A DNA stretch of 63,012 nucleotides, the filler included, from Perkinsus chesapeaki ATCC PRA-425 (Eukaryota; Protista; Perkinsozoa), in the NCBI GenBank assembly GCA_013115145.1. It is 9 parts of 9 records of this genome, joined end to end, with 100 filler letters (N's around TTAATTAATTAA, not from the genome) between each part and the next. Parts side by side here need not be neighbours in the genome. Positions count along the whole stretch, not along the records: positions 1 to 18,293 come from JAAPAO010000670.1; positions 18,394 to 39,127 come from JAAPAO010000611.1; 7 more parts are not named here. One strand, 5' to 3'. Below, one piece after another: positions 1 through 19,336 of the stretch; the stretch's first letter is position 1; every line of letters begins with the position of its first letter. Under the pieces are notes generated by a model. The model did no database searches, was not told the DNA's origin, and worked only from the letters and a program-made list of their open reading frames with translations. A program made the position numbers and the translations under genes.

Positions 1-119
1 CTTTCTATTATATCTCCTCCTCCGTATCACTAGTAACATATTTCCTATCAAACTCCTTTCTATTATATCTCCTTCTCCTCCGTATCACTAGTAACATATC
101 TCCTATCAAACTCCTTTCT
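1..119. repeat. Minisatellite, ~55-58 bp unit, 2+ copies (intronic, upstream of first visible SNF2 exon)
   Basis: Unit CTTTCTATTATATCTCCTCCTCCGTATCACTAGTAACATATTTCCTATCAAACTC at 1-55, repeated at 56-113 with a 3-bp insertion; same unit at 18209-18293. Confidence 0.9.
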
Positions 120-170
120 GTTAAATTCAATCTGTTTAAGGCCCACCTAATTTTTTGTTACGTGTGGTAG

Positions 171-8381
<8,211 letters not shown>

Positions 8382-8430
8382 AACGTTGAATTTATTTTCT
8401 CTATGTCTTGGAGAAGGTTGTGTTTGGTAA

Positions 8431-9524
8431 ATGTCGGATGTCAGGGTACTCGTAGTTTGGGAAACTGCAGAGAAGATTCTTTTCGGTTGGATGCGACCGG
8501 AGGCTCCTGCCGCTGAATCTAGAATTTGCTCTTCGTCTCCGCCTGCAAGTGTTCTGAAAGCTCGGCAGCTTATGTCTAAATTAGATGAATTAATTGGAGA
8601 CACCACCAACTGCAGTAGCGGAGACATTCTGGATAAGGTGGGTTGTTTCCTCATCGATAATTCTGTACAAGCAAAACCTCACATTGCGCTGCAGGAAATT
8701 TTTTTGCAGATTTGTCGTCATGATAGCCCTTCCTCAATCTTCAGGTTCTCGAGCTCGAGCGGTCCGCAATTCACCACCTCGTGGGCATCGCCAACATTTT
8801 GGAAACGCACAGAAGTTTAACCGAAGTTCCGACCGTCTGTGCCAACTTGGATATTATTGGGAACATATATACCAGAATCACCTCCACTCGAAGTGAGAAT
8901 TTGGGGCTTTTCGAGAGCGCAAGAGAGGCCACCGAAACGAGCGATGCCGAGTCGGAGAGCTGCCAGTTGTGAGACAACGCCTTCCTGTAGTGGTCGCGTT
9001 ATTGTTGTGCAGACGAGATTTCGTCCCTCCACCACGGACGGATGACTCTTCGCCGAAAAGTTTCTCTTCGAACAGTTCTGAAGGTGAAATAGGGTGGAGC
9101 GATGAGGTAAGCAATTCGTCTTCCTCCTTGTATATTTTTAATCCGTAAAATTCTTTCCCGATTCGGCTGCTCTCAGGAAGCCGCCGCGTTGGAGAAATTC
9201 GAGGCTGCCATAAGTGAACAGCAGGTGAATGGAGACCGTGCGAGGACCCATGAATAGAATACTCCTTTTCTCGATTATTGTTATTGTGTTTTGACGGTAA
9301 TGTCAATGGACTTAATCCTATTAATAATGTTAAGATAAATAACCCAGTTGGAGCTCACAGTAGATGATCTTAATGTGAAAGAACGTGCGATCCGCACAGT
9401 GCCAGCGACACTAAGAGATCGTTCGAGTCGAACGAACTCAACATTTTAACGGAAAAGGGGCTGCGAGAAGAGGAGGAGCTCCTCTCTGGTCTCCGGAATA
9501 TCATCCGAGGAGGACATTTTCATT
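8431..9524 (+). CDS. Hypothetical multi-exon protein
   Basis: ATG at 8431, plausible GT-AG junctions (donors 8638 and 9107; acceptors 8744 and 9176), acidic/Ser-rich open exons; no recognisable domain and exon chain uncertain. Confidence 0.35.
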
Positions 9525-9723
9525 AAAGATATTGTAAGATAGACGTTGACTCGACGCCTTATAGGAGTGATTCCGTGTAGACCAGGAGGCCCGTGGCGAC
9601 CTCCGCAAGTCAACCCGGTTCGATCAACCGCTTCATGTAAATCTAGCCTTGAAGCCTAACCTTTTTGGTTGATTATCTACATACTTCAGAAACACAAACC
9701 ACTCCTACGAGAAACGTTACTGA

Positions 9724-12700
9724 TCAGTTTTCCGAAGCCTTAACCGAGATCTCGGACACGGGCATATCTCGCCCTTCAGTGCAATTGGCCCAATCATACA
9801 TGTCGGTGATGTCAATACCAGCTTTAGACAGACATCTTCGGCTCCAACCAGGAGGGCATATCGACAACTCTTTAGGATACATCTCGGCGAGGAAGTCACG
9901 AACGAACTTTTCGAATCTTTTTTCAAGAATTGCTGCTCGGCATTCTCGCAGTAAAGTGAGCATGTAGTGCAGATTGTGAACAGTGATCAGTTTCGCGCAC
10001 ACCGGTTCCTTAGCCGCAATCGTATGAAGATACGCTCTAGTGTAGCCACCTTGGCAAGTCGAACAAGTGCATTTGGGATCGATAACTTTGAAATCGAAAC
10101 GATACTCGGAGCGATTCAATCTCATCTGTCCGGACCGTACAAGAGCAGTACCGAATCTGGCAGTTCCTGAAAAATGCCAATCTATGAGCGGAGCGAAGCA
10201 CGACTTTACGTGTGGGATAAACGCAATCGAACATGTCGACTCCGAGGGCCACGCAGCAGACGATATCTAAAGTGTAGCCGACACCCATCAAATACCGAGG
10301 CCGATCGGGGGGGAGGCCTGGAAAGAAAAGAGTATCTCTAGACGGTATTGAATTCACGCTCGACCTTCGGGTTGCTCAGTGCACTGATCGACCACTTGCC
10401 AGAATGATTCCTTCGCTTCACCGCCGCTAAGGCCTCCGATGGCATATCCTGGAAGGCTGCGTTTCTGAGGGAAATCTTTGATGAGTCTGCGAGCCACGCA
10501 TCAAGCTAAGATCCTTCTGCGCACTCTAAAGATTTTCGTACTTTTATTTCTTTGAGGCACCAACTTCGCAGCTCTCTGTCAAGACCGCCTTGGACAATTC
10601 CGAACAAGTTTTGCTCCTCAGGACGTTTATGGGCAGCAATGCAACGATCCAACCAGCGAATGGTTCTTTCTACAGCATCCTGAAGTCAACCTTTTTCGTA
10701 TCTTGCGCGCGCCAAGCTAGGATACCTTCATTCGATCGCGATCCTCGTAAGTACTGCTGACGACGTCGTCCAATGCCATCATAATATCGGCACCGATCGA
10801 GTTCTGAATCGCCATGGACTCCTCGGGAGTTAGCATCATCATCTCTGAAAATATCTTTAGGTCAACCATGCAAGATACAAAATAGGTCGACTTACCCTTA
10901 GTTCTAGGATTCTGGAAGTGAACACCTTGCTCGCTGATCGACAAGAGCTTCAGTAAACTGACCATCTGAAATCCTCCAGAGTCGGTGAGGAGATTGCGCG
11001 GCCATTGCATGTATCTTAAAAAGGGCAGCTCTTCTCACTAAGCATTGAACACCGAATTCCAGATCATCTGGAACCACAGTGAAACGTTTGCAGCTCATAA
11101 CATGACGATAACGCAGATCATTTCGTCTTCTCGTTTCCATCTGATTATCAGATGACACCGAACACTAGGGATCACGACGATCGTTCCCTGGCCTCGGAGG
11201 AACGTTCCATCCATTTAAACTGGGAAGAGCGGTATACGAAATATAGCTTATTATTGTCATTATTTCTCCATCACAACTCATCACATTTATCCACAGTGGA
11301 GAAAAATGGAGACATCGTGACACAATTTGGGTCCGGGTATCAATATAGAATTCACTGGACACCTATCAGATGCGATGTTGGCCTATGTGTCGTTGTGTCT
11401 CCATTACTCTGCCTTTTTCTTGGGTGCGTGTTGGCTAACCGGAACAGATCCAGTTCCTATTACTCTATTGGTCATAATGACGACGACCAATAGCAACTCA
11501 GCGCTATCCGGTCGGGGTGAAATGATCTCAGTCAGTGCCAGAGACACTCCCATTATTCTCTCTCACGAAAAACGCCGAAAGACTCCCACCAGAAGGTCGT
11601 ACGGTGGTTAGTTTTAGACCCTATCAGAGTTCTAATTTACATCTCCACACTAAAACGCTTTCCCGAGTCTGGATGAATCATAGCTTCACGCGTGCTTTTG
11701 ACCTGAAGTTTGGATATTCCTCCACGTAGATAGGATTAACTAATGATGCTGATATAATTCCACGAAATGGGCTCACCAACTTGGTAGCACCAAGAATAGA
11801 ACCTCCGCTCTCGCGGTTATAAAGGCAACCGCTCCACCGCTACACCAATACTACTTGTGCAGACCGCCGACTTCCTTTAGGATTTCAGATCCTGGACTAG
11901 TGCCCAGATGATATGTGTTCGCCAGTATGATCTCGGGACCAAGAGCATCGACCTCCTCCGACAGCAACCCCTTTATTGTACCTTCACGAAGGCCTATTAC
12001 AGCTATATCGCTAATCCAGTGATAGAGTTAGGATGCATTCGATGAGTTATCGATGCTAACAAATCTCCGCATCCTTTCTGACATCCGAAGAGCACGTTCC
12101 CGAATTTAGCACCATAGGTTCCCACTGGCATGAACACTGGAGTCTTGACAGGCCCATGGGGGAGGTGAACTACACCTGCACGAGCTCGGCCGTCTGTGCC
12201 TAAAATAGAGTGTTACTTTGAAGAGAAGGGAACAGTTATTTAATTTACTAGTGACACATTTTCTATAGACTTTTTCATCATACTGTAAAAGCGATATTAT
12301 TATTGTTCTGCTATCAATAGGAGCATCGCTCCAGGAGAAATTCACGAGTTCAACAGACCAAGCTATTTTACGGTAGAGGGGGTTAACGATAATCTAGTAA
12401 AAGACAATGTGAAGCACTGAATCTTTCATTCACAACATTAAAGCCATTCAAATGAAATAATACCGACTATGAAGTACATTATATTGCGACTTCGAAGAAG
12501 GACTATGATCTAGTGAAATCGGTTATTAGTTCCCGTCAGAGGCTTCAGAACTCATCTCCGCCGAGGAGTGCCGATAACCTTGTAATAATATTTATCGGAG
12601 ATTTTATTTGTTTCAAAGATAGCATTCAGAAGTCACTGTTGTACCATAGTCTTATCGACGCACGGAACGATTCTCTAGAATCGAGGCGCTGAACCCGAAG

Positions 12701-12970
12701 ATGACCACGGCGAGAATACGTCCAATTTCCGTGATGTCAGATATTATCAAGACTAGTTTGAAAAATACAATCAGATGACTTCCTTCAAAGAAGGGAAAAT
12801 GCTCCAATGGTGAATTTACTCTGATAAGATTTAATATCCAAACGTAAATCACCTTGCAGTTCAAATTTAAGTGCCTGTCCTGGTTTGAGTGGGCTTTGAT
12901 AGTCCCCTTTAAACCGCTTCGGTTCGGGGCTTTTGGAACGGTTTGGTCCGGGAATCTCGGCGTGCTTCAT
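9724..12970 (-). CDS. QTRT1: Queuine tRNA-ribosyltransferase catalytic subunit (eukaryotic TGT)
   Basis: Exons join as ALKFELQG|[29 protein letters not shown]|[17 protein letters not shown]|[74 protein letters not shown] (Zn site). Both catalytic Asp present. Confidence 0.95.
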
Positions 12971-13242
12971 TTAAGGGAGAAAACTAATCAAGAATAGTTT
13001 ACTGAAGTTTACTGCGTTACTGAATTTTCTAAACGGTTCGCCAATCAACCTTTTGAGAATCTTTTCAGAATTTTAATTCAGCAGAAACCTTGATTACGCA
13101 ATTGAATATTCATGCTCTCGTTCACTACACCAAATGTACCTACGCTGCCCGATAGACCCCTCCAGCAGAGGTCTATTGGACAGAGGCTCCGCTTTAGTGA
13201 TAGAGTAGCAGCCCCTCATTCCTTCCATCTATGATTCTCAGT

Positions 13243-13315
13243 GGTCCTGTAGCTCAGTGGTTAGAGCGACGGTCTTATGAGCCGTAGGCCGCGGGTTCGA
13301 CCCCCGCCGGGACTA
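13243..13315 (+). tRNA. tRNA-Ile (anticodon TAT), intronless
   Basis: Full cloverleaf: acceptor GGTCCTG/CGGGACT, D stem GCTC/GAGC, anticodon stem ACGGT/GCCGT with loop CT-TAT-GA (13276-13278), T arm GCGGG-TTCGACC-CCCGC, discriminator A. Confidence 0.93.
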
Positions 13316-13989
13316 CTATTCTGTTGCAAATCTTATTCAGACAAGCATTAATCGGAAAGAATTTTTATTGGCAATTGCTCCGAATTCAGACGATTCGAAT
13401 TCGAACCTCGAATTGAATCGACCATAAGGTTGGGGTGAGCTACCTGGGAGTGAAATTAACTCAGTGAATATTATTCCTTTTATGAGGTTTTTTTCACCAG
13501 TTTACCGCGGACGGTAATTTTTCCGCAGCGCAAAGTAGACAGCGTAAGATCCCATTGGTGCCACCAATGTAGCAAAAGGAGTTTTGTATTGTTTCTGTAG
13601 GTTATAAAATATATTATAGAAACACATATCAATATAGTTAAACGCAATAGACCTCGGAGAAGAGAAAATTTGCACTTAATCGCCTTAAGAGGGTTGTTCA
13701 ATACGACACTCTCATAACACAACCAGTCTATTTACTATACCTGATTTAAGTAAAGAACTGCTTTCAAGTCCGTCGTCGTGTTCTCAAATTGTACCTCCAA
13801 TAGGACCTAGCGAGGCACTTGCCTATTGCCAGAGAACTTCACTCACTGGTGTGGGCGAGCCATCTCCCGACGTATACTACCCTCTATGGAGTAGAAGCCT
13901 GTTTAAAGTGTTAGGGTATCTGTATTACGAAATTCCTAATAGAAATAATTCGTTTCATGAAAGGAAACTGATAAGCTCCTTCTTCGAAA

Positions 13990-16900
13990 AAGCCCTTTTA
14001 CGGTTTATATAAGTTACTACAATATCATCGATCAACGATGGGTATCTTCGAGGTCGACCCTGCAAGATTCCCAGGAGCTTAGTTCGCGGTGAGTTTTTCG
14101 GAATGTCCTCCACTAAACTCCCATTAAGACGACTACTCTCGAGTGTTTCTGCCAGAGCTTCCATCCAGCGACCGAATGCTCCTCCGGTGATCACCAGACC
14201 GGAAATGAGAACTTCGGCATCGCTGGGAGTTTTGCAGGACCCTCGAGGATCGGCTGGATTCAAAGAAAATAAGGTATGCTCGGTGCGGAAAAACTTGTTA
14301 CTAATTCATCAAATTCCGGTCGGTTTTTTGGTAGAATTTTTCGCGGCGATTTATCGGAAATATTCTTAACATTTCTACTGTGATGTTTCCACTCCTTTCT
14401 GAGGTTGAACAGTGGGCTCAACTATCGCTTTTGGTGGAGTAGTGTGCCACTCGATTAAAAGATAGGGCAAGTCTCACGGAAGTGCGGAGATGGGGGTCAT
14501 TTATATCTGGTCCCAACTTGGGAACGTATTCGGTGGCCTTGTGGATCTAAGGCAAGATGAAAAGATCATATGCATTTCCTTCGGTATTGTTCAATGTTAC
14601 CCGATAAAGAAGTTGGTAATTCGTTTTGACCCTTTCAATCCCTCTCCCATTTCAACTCTATATAGGCTTCTCACCAGTGCTCGGAAAGTGTCAATAATAA
14701 CATTTACTGATTTAAATTATATTTTTGCGGCCCTTTATTTACTTCTTTTATTTATTTATTTGTATTCTTATTATGTGTTCAGTGCCCTTAATATTCAATT
14801 TTATTATCAGACCTACCGTTTCCGCATTGCTCGTCGTTTTTCAGGTGACCATCGAGCCTCAGTCTGTCGAGAATTCACCAGCGAAAGACGATCAAATCAG
14901 TAGAAATTTTCCGGAATTTTTCCCATTTTTTCCACAGACGACCCGGAAGCAATCGTCGAGGAATCTCTGGCTCGCGTTGATAAGCATGGTGACACATATG
15001 GCGTATTCGACTGTTTGAAAGGTAAACAAAAATTTCGGAAAATTTTGGGAAAATTTCGGAAAAAATGATGGAAGATTTTCTTCATTTTTTGTATAACTTA
15101 TTCGTCTACTTTCATTCTTATTCTTCCATATATTATTATTTAGGCGGGTGATGTTTTGCATCTTTTTTCAGAACTCAAAGTTCTAACTTCATCGATCGAC
15201 ATCTCCGAGACTGCCACCAGAAACATGCTTTCCGACGGCCGGTAAGTTCCGTCAGTTTTTCTGACACCTCTAGCTGTCCCTTTTTAGATTGCAACATCTC
15301 ATCAATCGAACAGTTTCTGTGGCGAATGCGCACTCGGCAGATTTGAAGTGGGAAGATATCTTGGATTTTATGGAGGCTTTCGTGAAGGTGAGGAAAAATG
15401 CCGGAATATCTGCGGGTTCGGTGATTCCCTTACCGAAGCCCCACGTGGGCTGTTTTTTTATCTTTATTATAGTATATTAATAAAGTTTCCAGATGTACGA
15501 AAGGTATCTGGATGGAATCCTCTATCTCTAATCACATCTGAGGAGGACTGCCGAGAGCCCCGAGGCCAAACAGTCTCTTCTATATCCTATTATATCCAAT
15601 GTCGAGCTGTGATGATTATGCCCTATGTAGTTATAATCACCGCCCAATCAGGACGTCCATATGTCCTGATGAGTAATAGTGCCTTATATATTTCACTATA
15701 GAGTCCGCAAGAACCCAAGTCTGTTTGTCTGATCGGTGCTGCCGAAGGTGGACCTACGTGGGAACTGTCTCTCTGTGCGGCGTCGTCACTGCCCATAGTG
15801 GAATCGTTCGAAACAACAGAACCCGATTTCAATCAATAGGAATGCAAATTCGGAAGATGGTCCCCATTTTTTCAGTTACGTTTGAGGGCGCCTCTGCGAG
15901 ATATAGCTCCGATTTGTTTTCGGTACATCTCGGCAGAAAATAACGTTACAGATGGAAGTGAAATGCAAGAAAGGCTATCGCTGGTGAGTTTTCTGGATGA
16001 TATTTTTTTACGCGTATATCTTTTGTGGGTTCAAGATAAGAATCGATGATTTAGTATTTATCAACTCAAATTTTTTTCATTTTCGGAGATTACTTTTTGT
16101 GAGGAATTTCTCGGAAAAAAACTGTTTTTTTTATAATATTTTTCGAAGAAAGTCTTCTTGACAGTTTTTAATAGTAACTTATTTTTCGAATTATTCCCGT
16201 GACTTTCCCCTTCGATGATTTCCCGGACTTTTTCCGGTTCATTTTCAGGCGGCTAAAACTTTATCGTTCCTCGGACAAGGAATGGTCTACCATCCAGAAC
16301 TTTTCGATTTCACGTGTCACAGTGTAGCTCGGGCGAAACAGATGACCCCGCACACGATGGCAGTCGTAAGAATATCTTTATGGCGTTCAAAATGCACGCT
16401 TCAACCTCGTCAGGTTTTATATGAAGCTGGTCGGCATGGGCTACGGACAAAGCACTACACTGATGTCATTGTTCCTGCGGCTGCCGAGCTGGCACCCGGT
16501 AAGAAAATTTCCGAAAATGTTTCGGGAAAAATCTCAATGCTAAAATTTACGGCGTAAATTCTCCTGCATATTACGTTTATGGAATTTTTTTGGGGAAAAT
16601 TCATGAATTTTGGGCCAGTAGAGTGCACTTCATACAACTTTTTCGGCGAGGTAATTTCCTCAACGGGACAGATATAACTGTCAAGTGAGAGAAAGAAGCG
16701 GTAGAAGTTTCGAAGCCATTTGAGTTTTTCGGAAAAGAATGTGGAAAAAGAAGTGGCTACTTGTTGGTCGTCGGGAACAACGGCGGTCTTGGGAAAATTT
16801 GTTCTCAAATCGATCGCCTGATCGATATTGTTCAGGTATGTCATTGGACGACTTGCGAATGGCAATGAGAGGACTTATGAGATTCGTCAAAGATTGGAGG

Positions 16901-18118
16901 GCGTTTTTTGATGTAGGTGAAATCGATCAGGCGATCGATTTTAAAGATATTGGATTCCATACCTCCCTTCAATAATCTCTGGAAAGCAGAAAGCGTTTCC
17001 TCTCATTTCGCCGATCATCTGCGCAGTTCACTCAGAAATTTTTCCCACTTTTCCCAGAAATTTTTCAGGCCGTTTGCGTGAAGTCGAATCGAGTCAAAGA
17101 GGAGCTCTCAAACATGACAAATGAGTCTTTGATCATGTTGATGAGAGTCGGCAAGGAACTCAGAGCGTCGAAGCAATACAATGGTGAGATTCTGGGAAGC
17201 TGGATCAGTTAGGAATCGCCGAGATCTTCGCTGTCCTGTCCGCAGCAACCTCGACAGGTTTCTGGGACAGGACGGAATTCCCGAAAAATTTTGGAAAACT
17301 TGTGTTTTCTTAGAAATGCAGAAGGAAGTTGCGGTAGAGATTTCTGCGAGATTGAATCGTGGCGAAGTGAGTGGCATCGAGCAGGGCATGGTGTCGATGT
17401 ATATGGATAAAGATAGCAGGTGAGAGGAAAAAAGGCAGAAAAAATGGGAAAAATGGGAAAGAGGGGAAAAAGGGGAAAAATGGGGAAAAGGGGAAAAGTG
17501 GTTATTCGTCGGGAATGGGGACTGATTATCGCAACATTTTTTTGATTTAGCAGCCCTCTAAACTGCAAAAAAACTAGTATTGTTGATGTTGGAGAAGTTG
17601 AAAAAATTTGGTAATTTTTGTTTGCTTGAATATTAATGAAAAAAATGATGAAGATTCTAAATTGACATTATTCTCATTGATTTTTGACTTTAGGGGTTCC
17701 AGGAGTGAGATGCAAGCTTTGACCTTAGATACTCTCCGGCAGTTTATGATTTGGCATATGCTATTCAGAAAGATCTAGCGAGGAAGGTAAGGCGAAATCG
17801 ATCACTTGATCGATTTTTTTAAAGGAAATAAAACTTTACCGACGCTCCGATATCTTTCCACTGCGAATGATCTACAACATATTTCAAATATTTTACTACA
17901 GCTGGAAATTTCCGGAATTTTCCCATTTTTCCGGGAAATTTTCCCCTTCAGGTATCTGAGTGCTGCACTGACATCTCAGTCGGAGTTCGGGAGTTACTAT
18001 CCGTCACCGACATTGTGGATTTGCTGGACTGCTGGGCGTCGTGGAATCTTCCGGTTGAGCAAAATCTTTGGGATGCGCTTTTGAATGATTTGGCATTGTG
18101 TCGATTGTCCGAAATAAA
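13990..18118 (+). CDS. Alpha-helical repeat protein, heptatricopeptide (HPR)/RAP-family-like; multi-exon, start unresolved, 3' end lost in gap
   Basis: In-phase spliced exons give ..YHPELFDFTCHSVARAKQ-MTPHTMAVVLYEAGRHGLRTKHYTDVIVPAAAELAPG (37 aa)-MSLDDLRMAMRGLMRFVKDWRAFFDAV..ELSN (40 aa)-MTNESLIMLMR.. and LSVTDIVDLLDCWASWNLPVEQNLWDALL. Confidence 0.55.
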
Positions 18119-18208
18119 GTGAGTTGGGATCGCCGGATGGGATGGCGGGAAAAATTGAAGAAAATTTTTGGGAAAAGTTGCGAATCAGCAATTTTCAGTC
18201 GGAATATA

Positions 18209-18293
18209 TCAAACTCCTTCCTATTATATCTCCTCCTCCGTATCACTAGTAACATATTTCCTATCAAACTCCTTCCTATTATATCTCCTCCTC
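18209..18293. repeat. Same 55-bp minisatellite as 1-119, running into the gap
   Basis: CCTTCCTATTATATCTCCTCCTCCGTATCACTAGTAACATATTTCCTATCAAACT, about 1.5 copies, same orientation as at the window start. Confidence 0.9.
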
Positions 18294-18393
18294 NNNNNNN
18301 NNNNNNNNNNNNNNNNNNNNNNNNNNNNNNNNNNNNNTTAATTAATTAANNNNNNNNNNNNNNNNNNNNNNNNNNNNNNNNNNNNNNNNNNNN
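18294..18393. other. Artificial contig-joining linker (44 N + TTAATTAATTAA + 44 N); also at 39128, 41644, 43328, 51862, 54489, 55726, 61363
   Basis: Identical 100-bp structure eight times; the 12-mer has stops in all six frames. Confidence 0.97.
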
Positions 18394-18394
18394 A

Positions 18395-18467
18395 AAAGGC
18401 AGATATACTGAAACCTACATAACTTATCATCATAGCTCGTCATGCCTAGTGGGCACACGACATCACA
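18395..18467 (-). mobile_element. Terminus of a repeated element (LTR-like, begins TGTGATG on the minus strand), copy 1
   Basis: 73 bp identical to 61463-61535; identity stops exactly at ..CATCACA, where unrelated coding exons begin. Confidence 0.6.
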
Positions 18468-19336
18468 CGGAGAAACTCATCCCCGTGATAGATTTCACGT
18501 AGGGCTTCAAAAAAACCTAGCTCGCCGGTGCCGGAAGTCCCCGACTTCCCTTCAACGAAGTCTTCATCAGTTCTGGCGATGAACTCGTCTAAATCAGGAA
18601 CAGTGCCAGGTGGGCAATGATTTGCTTTGGCCATGCGCGACAGAACGGCATGAGCCTCTGCCACCTTACGCCTCGACATGAGGTAGCGGGGGGTCTCACA
18701 CCGGAAATACCAACACGCAACTCCTGTTGGTATCAGTGGCACTGCTGCCAAGACAAGGAGAACTCTCCATTGGGAAACACCAGCAAAGGAAAGATCAAAA
18801 AGGTTGACGCCAGCGAGGTAGACTACACCGAGACAACCACCGATGAAGATAACGGTTGAATAGAAGCCTCGACGGGACTCTGGTGTGAATTCGACGTAGA
18901 CAACATAATCGAGTGCACATATGCCACCGAGAGCCATAGCGACAATCATGCGGAACATTATCAGAGACCAAAAGCTCCAGGCGAATGATGACACCATTCC
19001 ACCAAGAGCTGTGAGAAAAATGGTAGCAATAGACGGCCATTTACGGCCATATCTATCACTAATATAACCAAACGCTGTTGAGGATAGCATACCAACAAAG
19101 GAAGCCAGGAAAGGGAATATCGCATATGTTGTCGGGGTAAGGTTATACTCTTCCATCAACCCGCTCTGGATGAAGACAAACACCGGAAGGTCAGCGTAAA
19201 GGGCAAAGTAACCGCTTGAGCAGAGAAGCAATAGACAGTATTGGAAACGGCCGTATCCTATGGCATCAATAATATCTTCAACATAGTTTGATGATGAGGT
19301 CACCGAGGAACTGGAGATGCTTCTTTCAACTCTCAT
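18468..19336 (-). CDS. MFS transporter (SV2/SVOP-like), N-terminal half, interrupted at 18467
   Basis: IDAIGYGRFQY, motif A GYISDRYGRK, FRMIVAMALGG, YVEFTPESRRG, WRVLL, ETPRYL; about six TM helices, intronless over 870 bp; coding stops at the repeated element end. Confidence 0.88.

Noticed and set aside
12201-12852. Box C/D snoRNA in TGT intron 1 (ATGATGA on the gene strand)
   Set aside because: No downstream CTGA D box or terminal stem before the acceptor.
9724-13315. TGT plus tRNA as a dedicated queuosine system
   Set aside because: tRNA-Ile(TAT) is not a GUN-anticodon substrate and no other queuosine genes are nearby.
18338-18349. TTAATTAATTAA palindrome repeated eight times between N runs
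   Set aside because: Assembly linker with a fixed 44N-12-44N layout and six-frame stops; not biological. ORFs ending in XXXLIN are artefacts.
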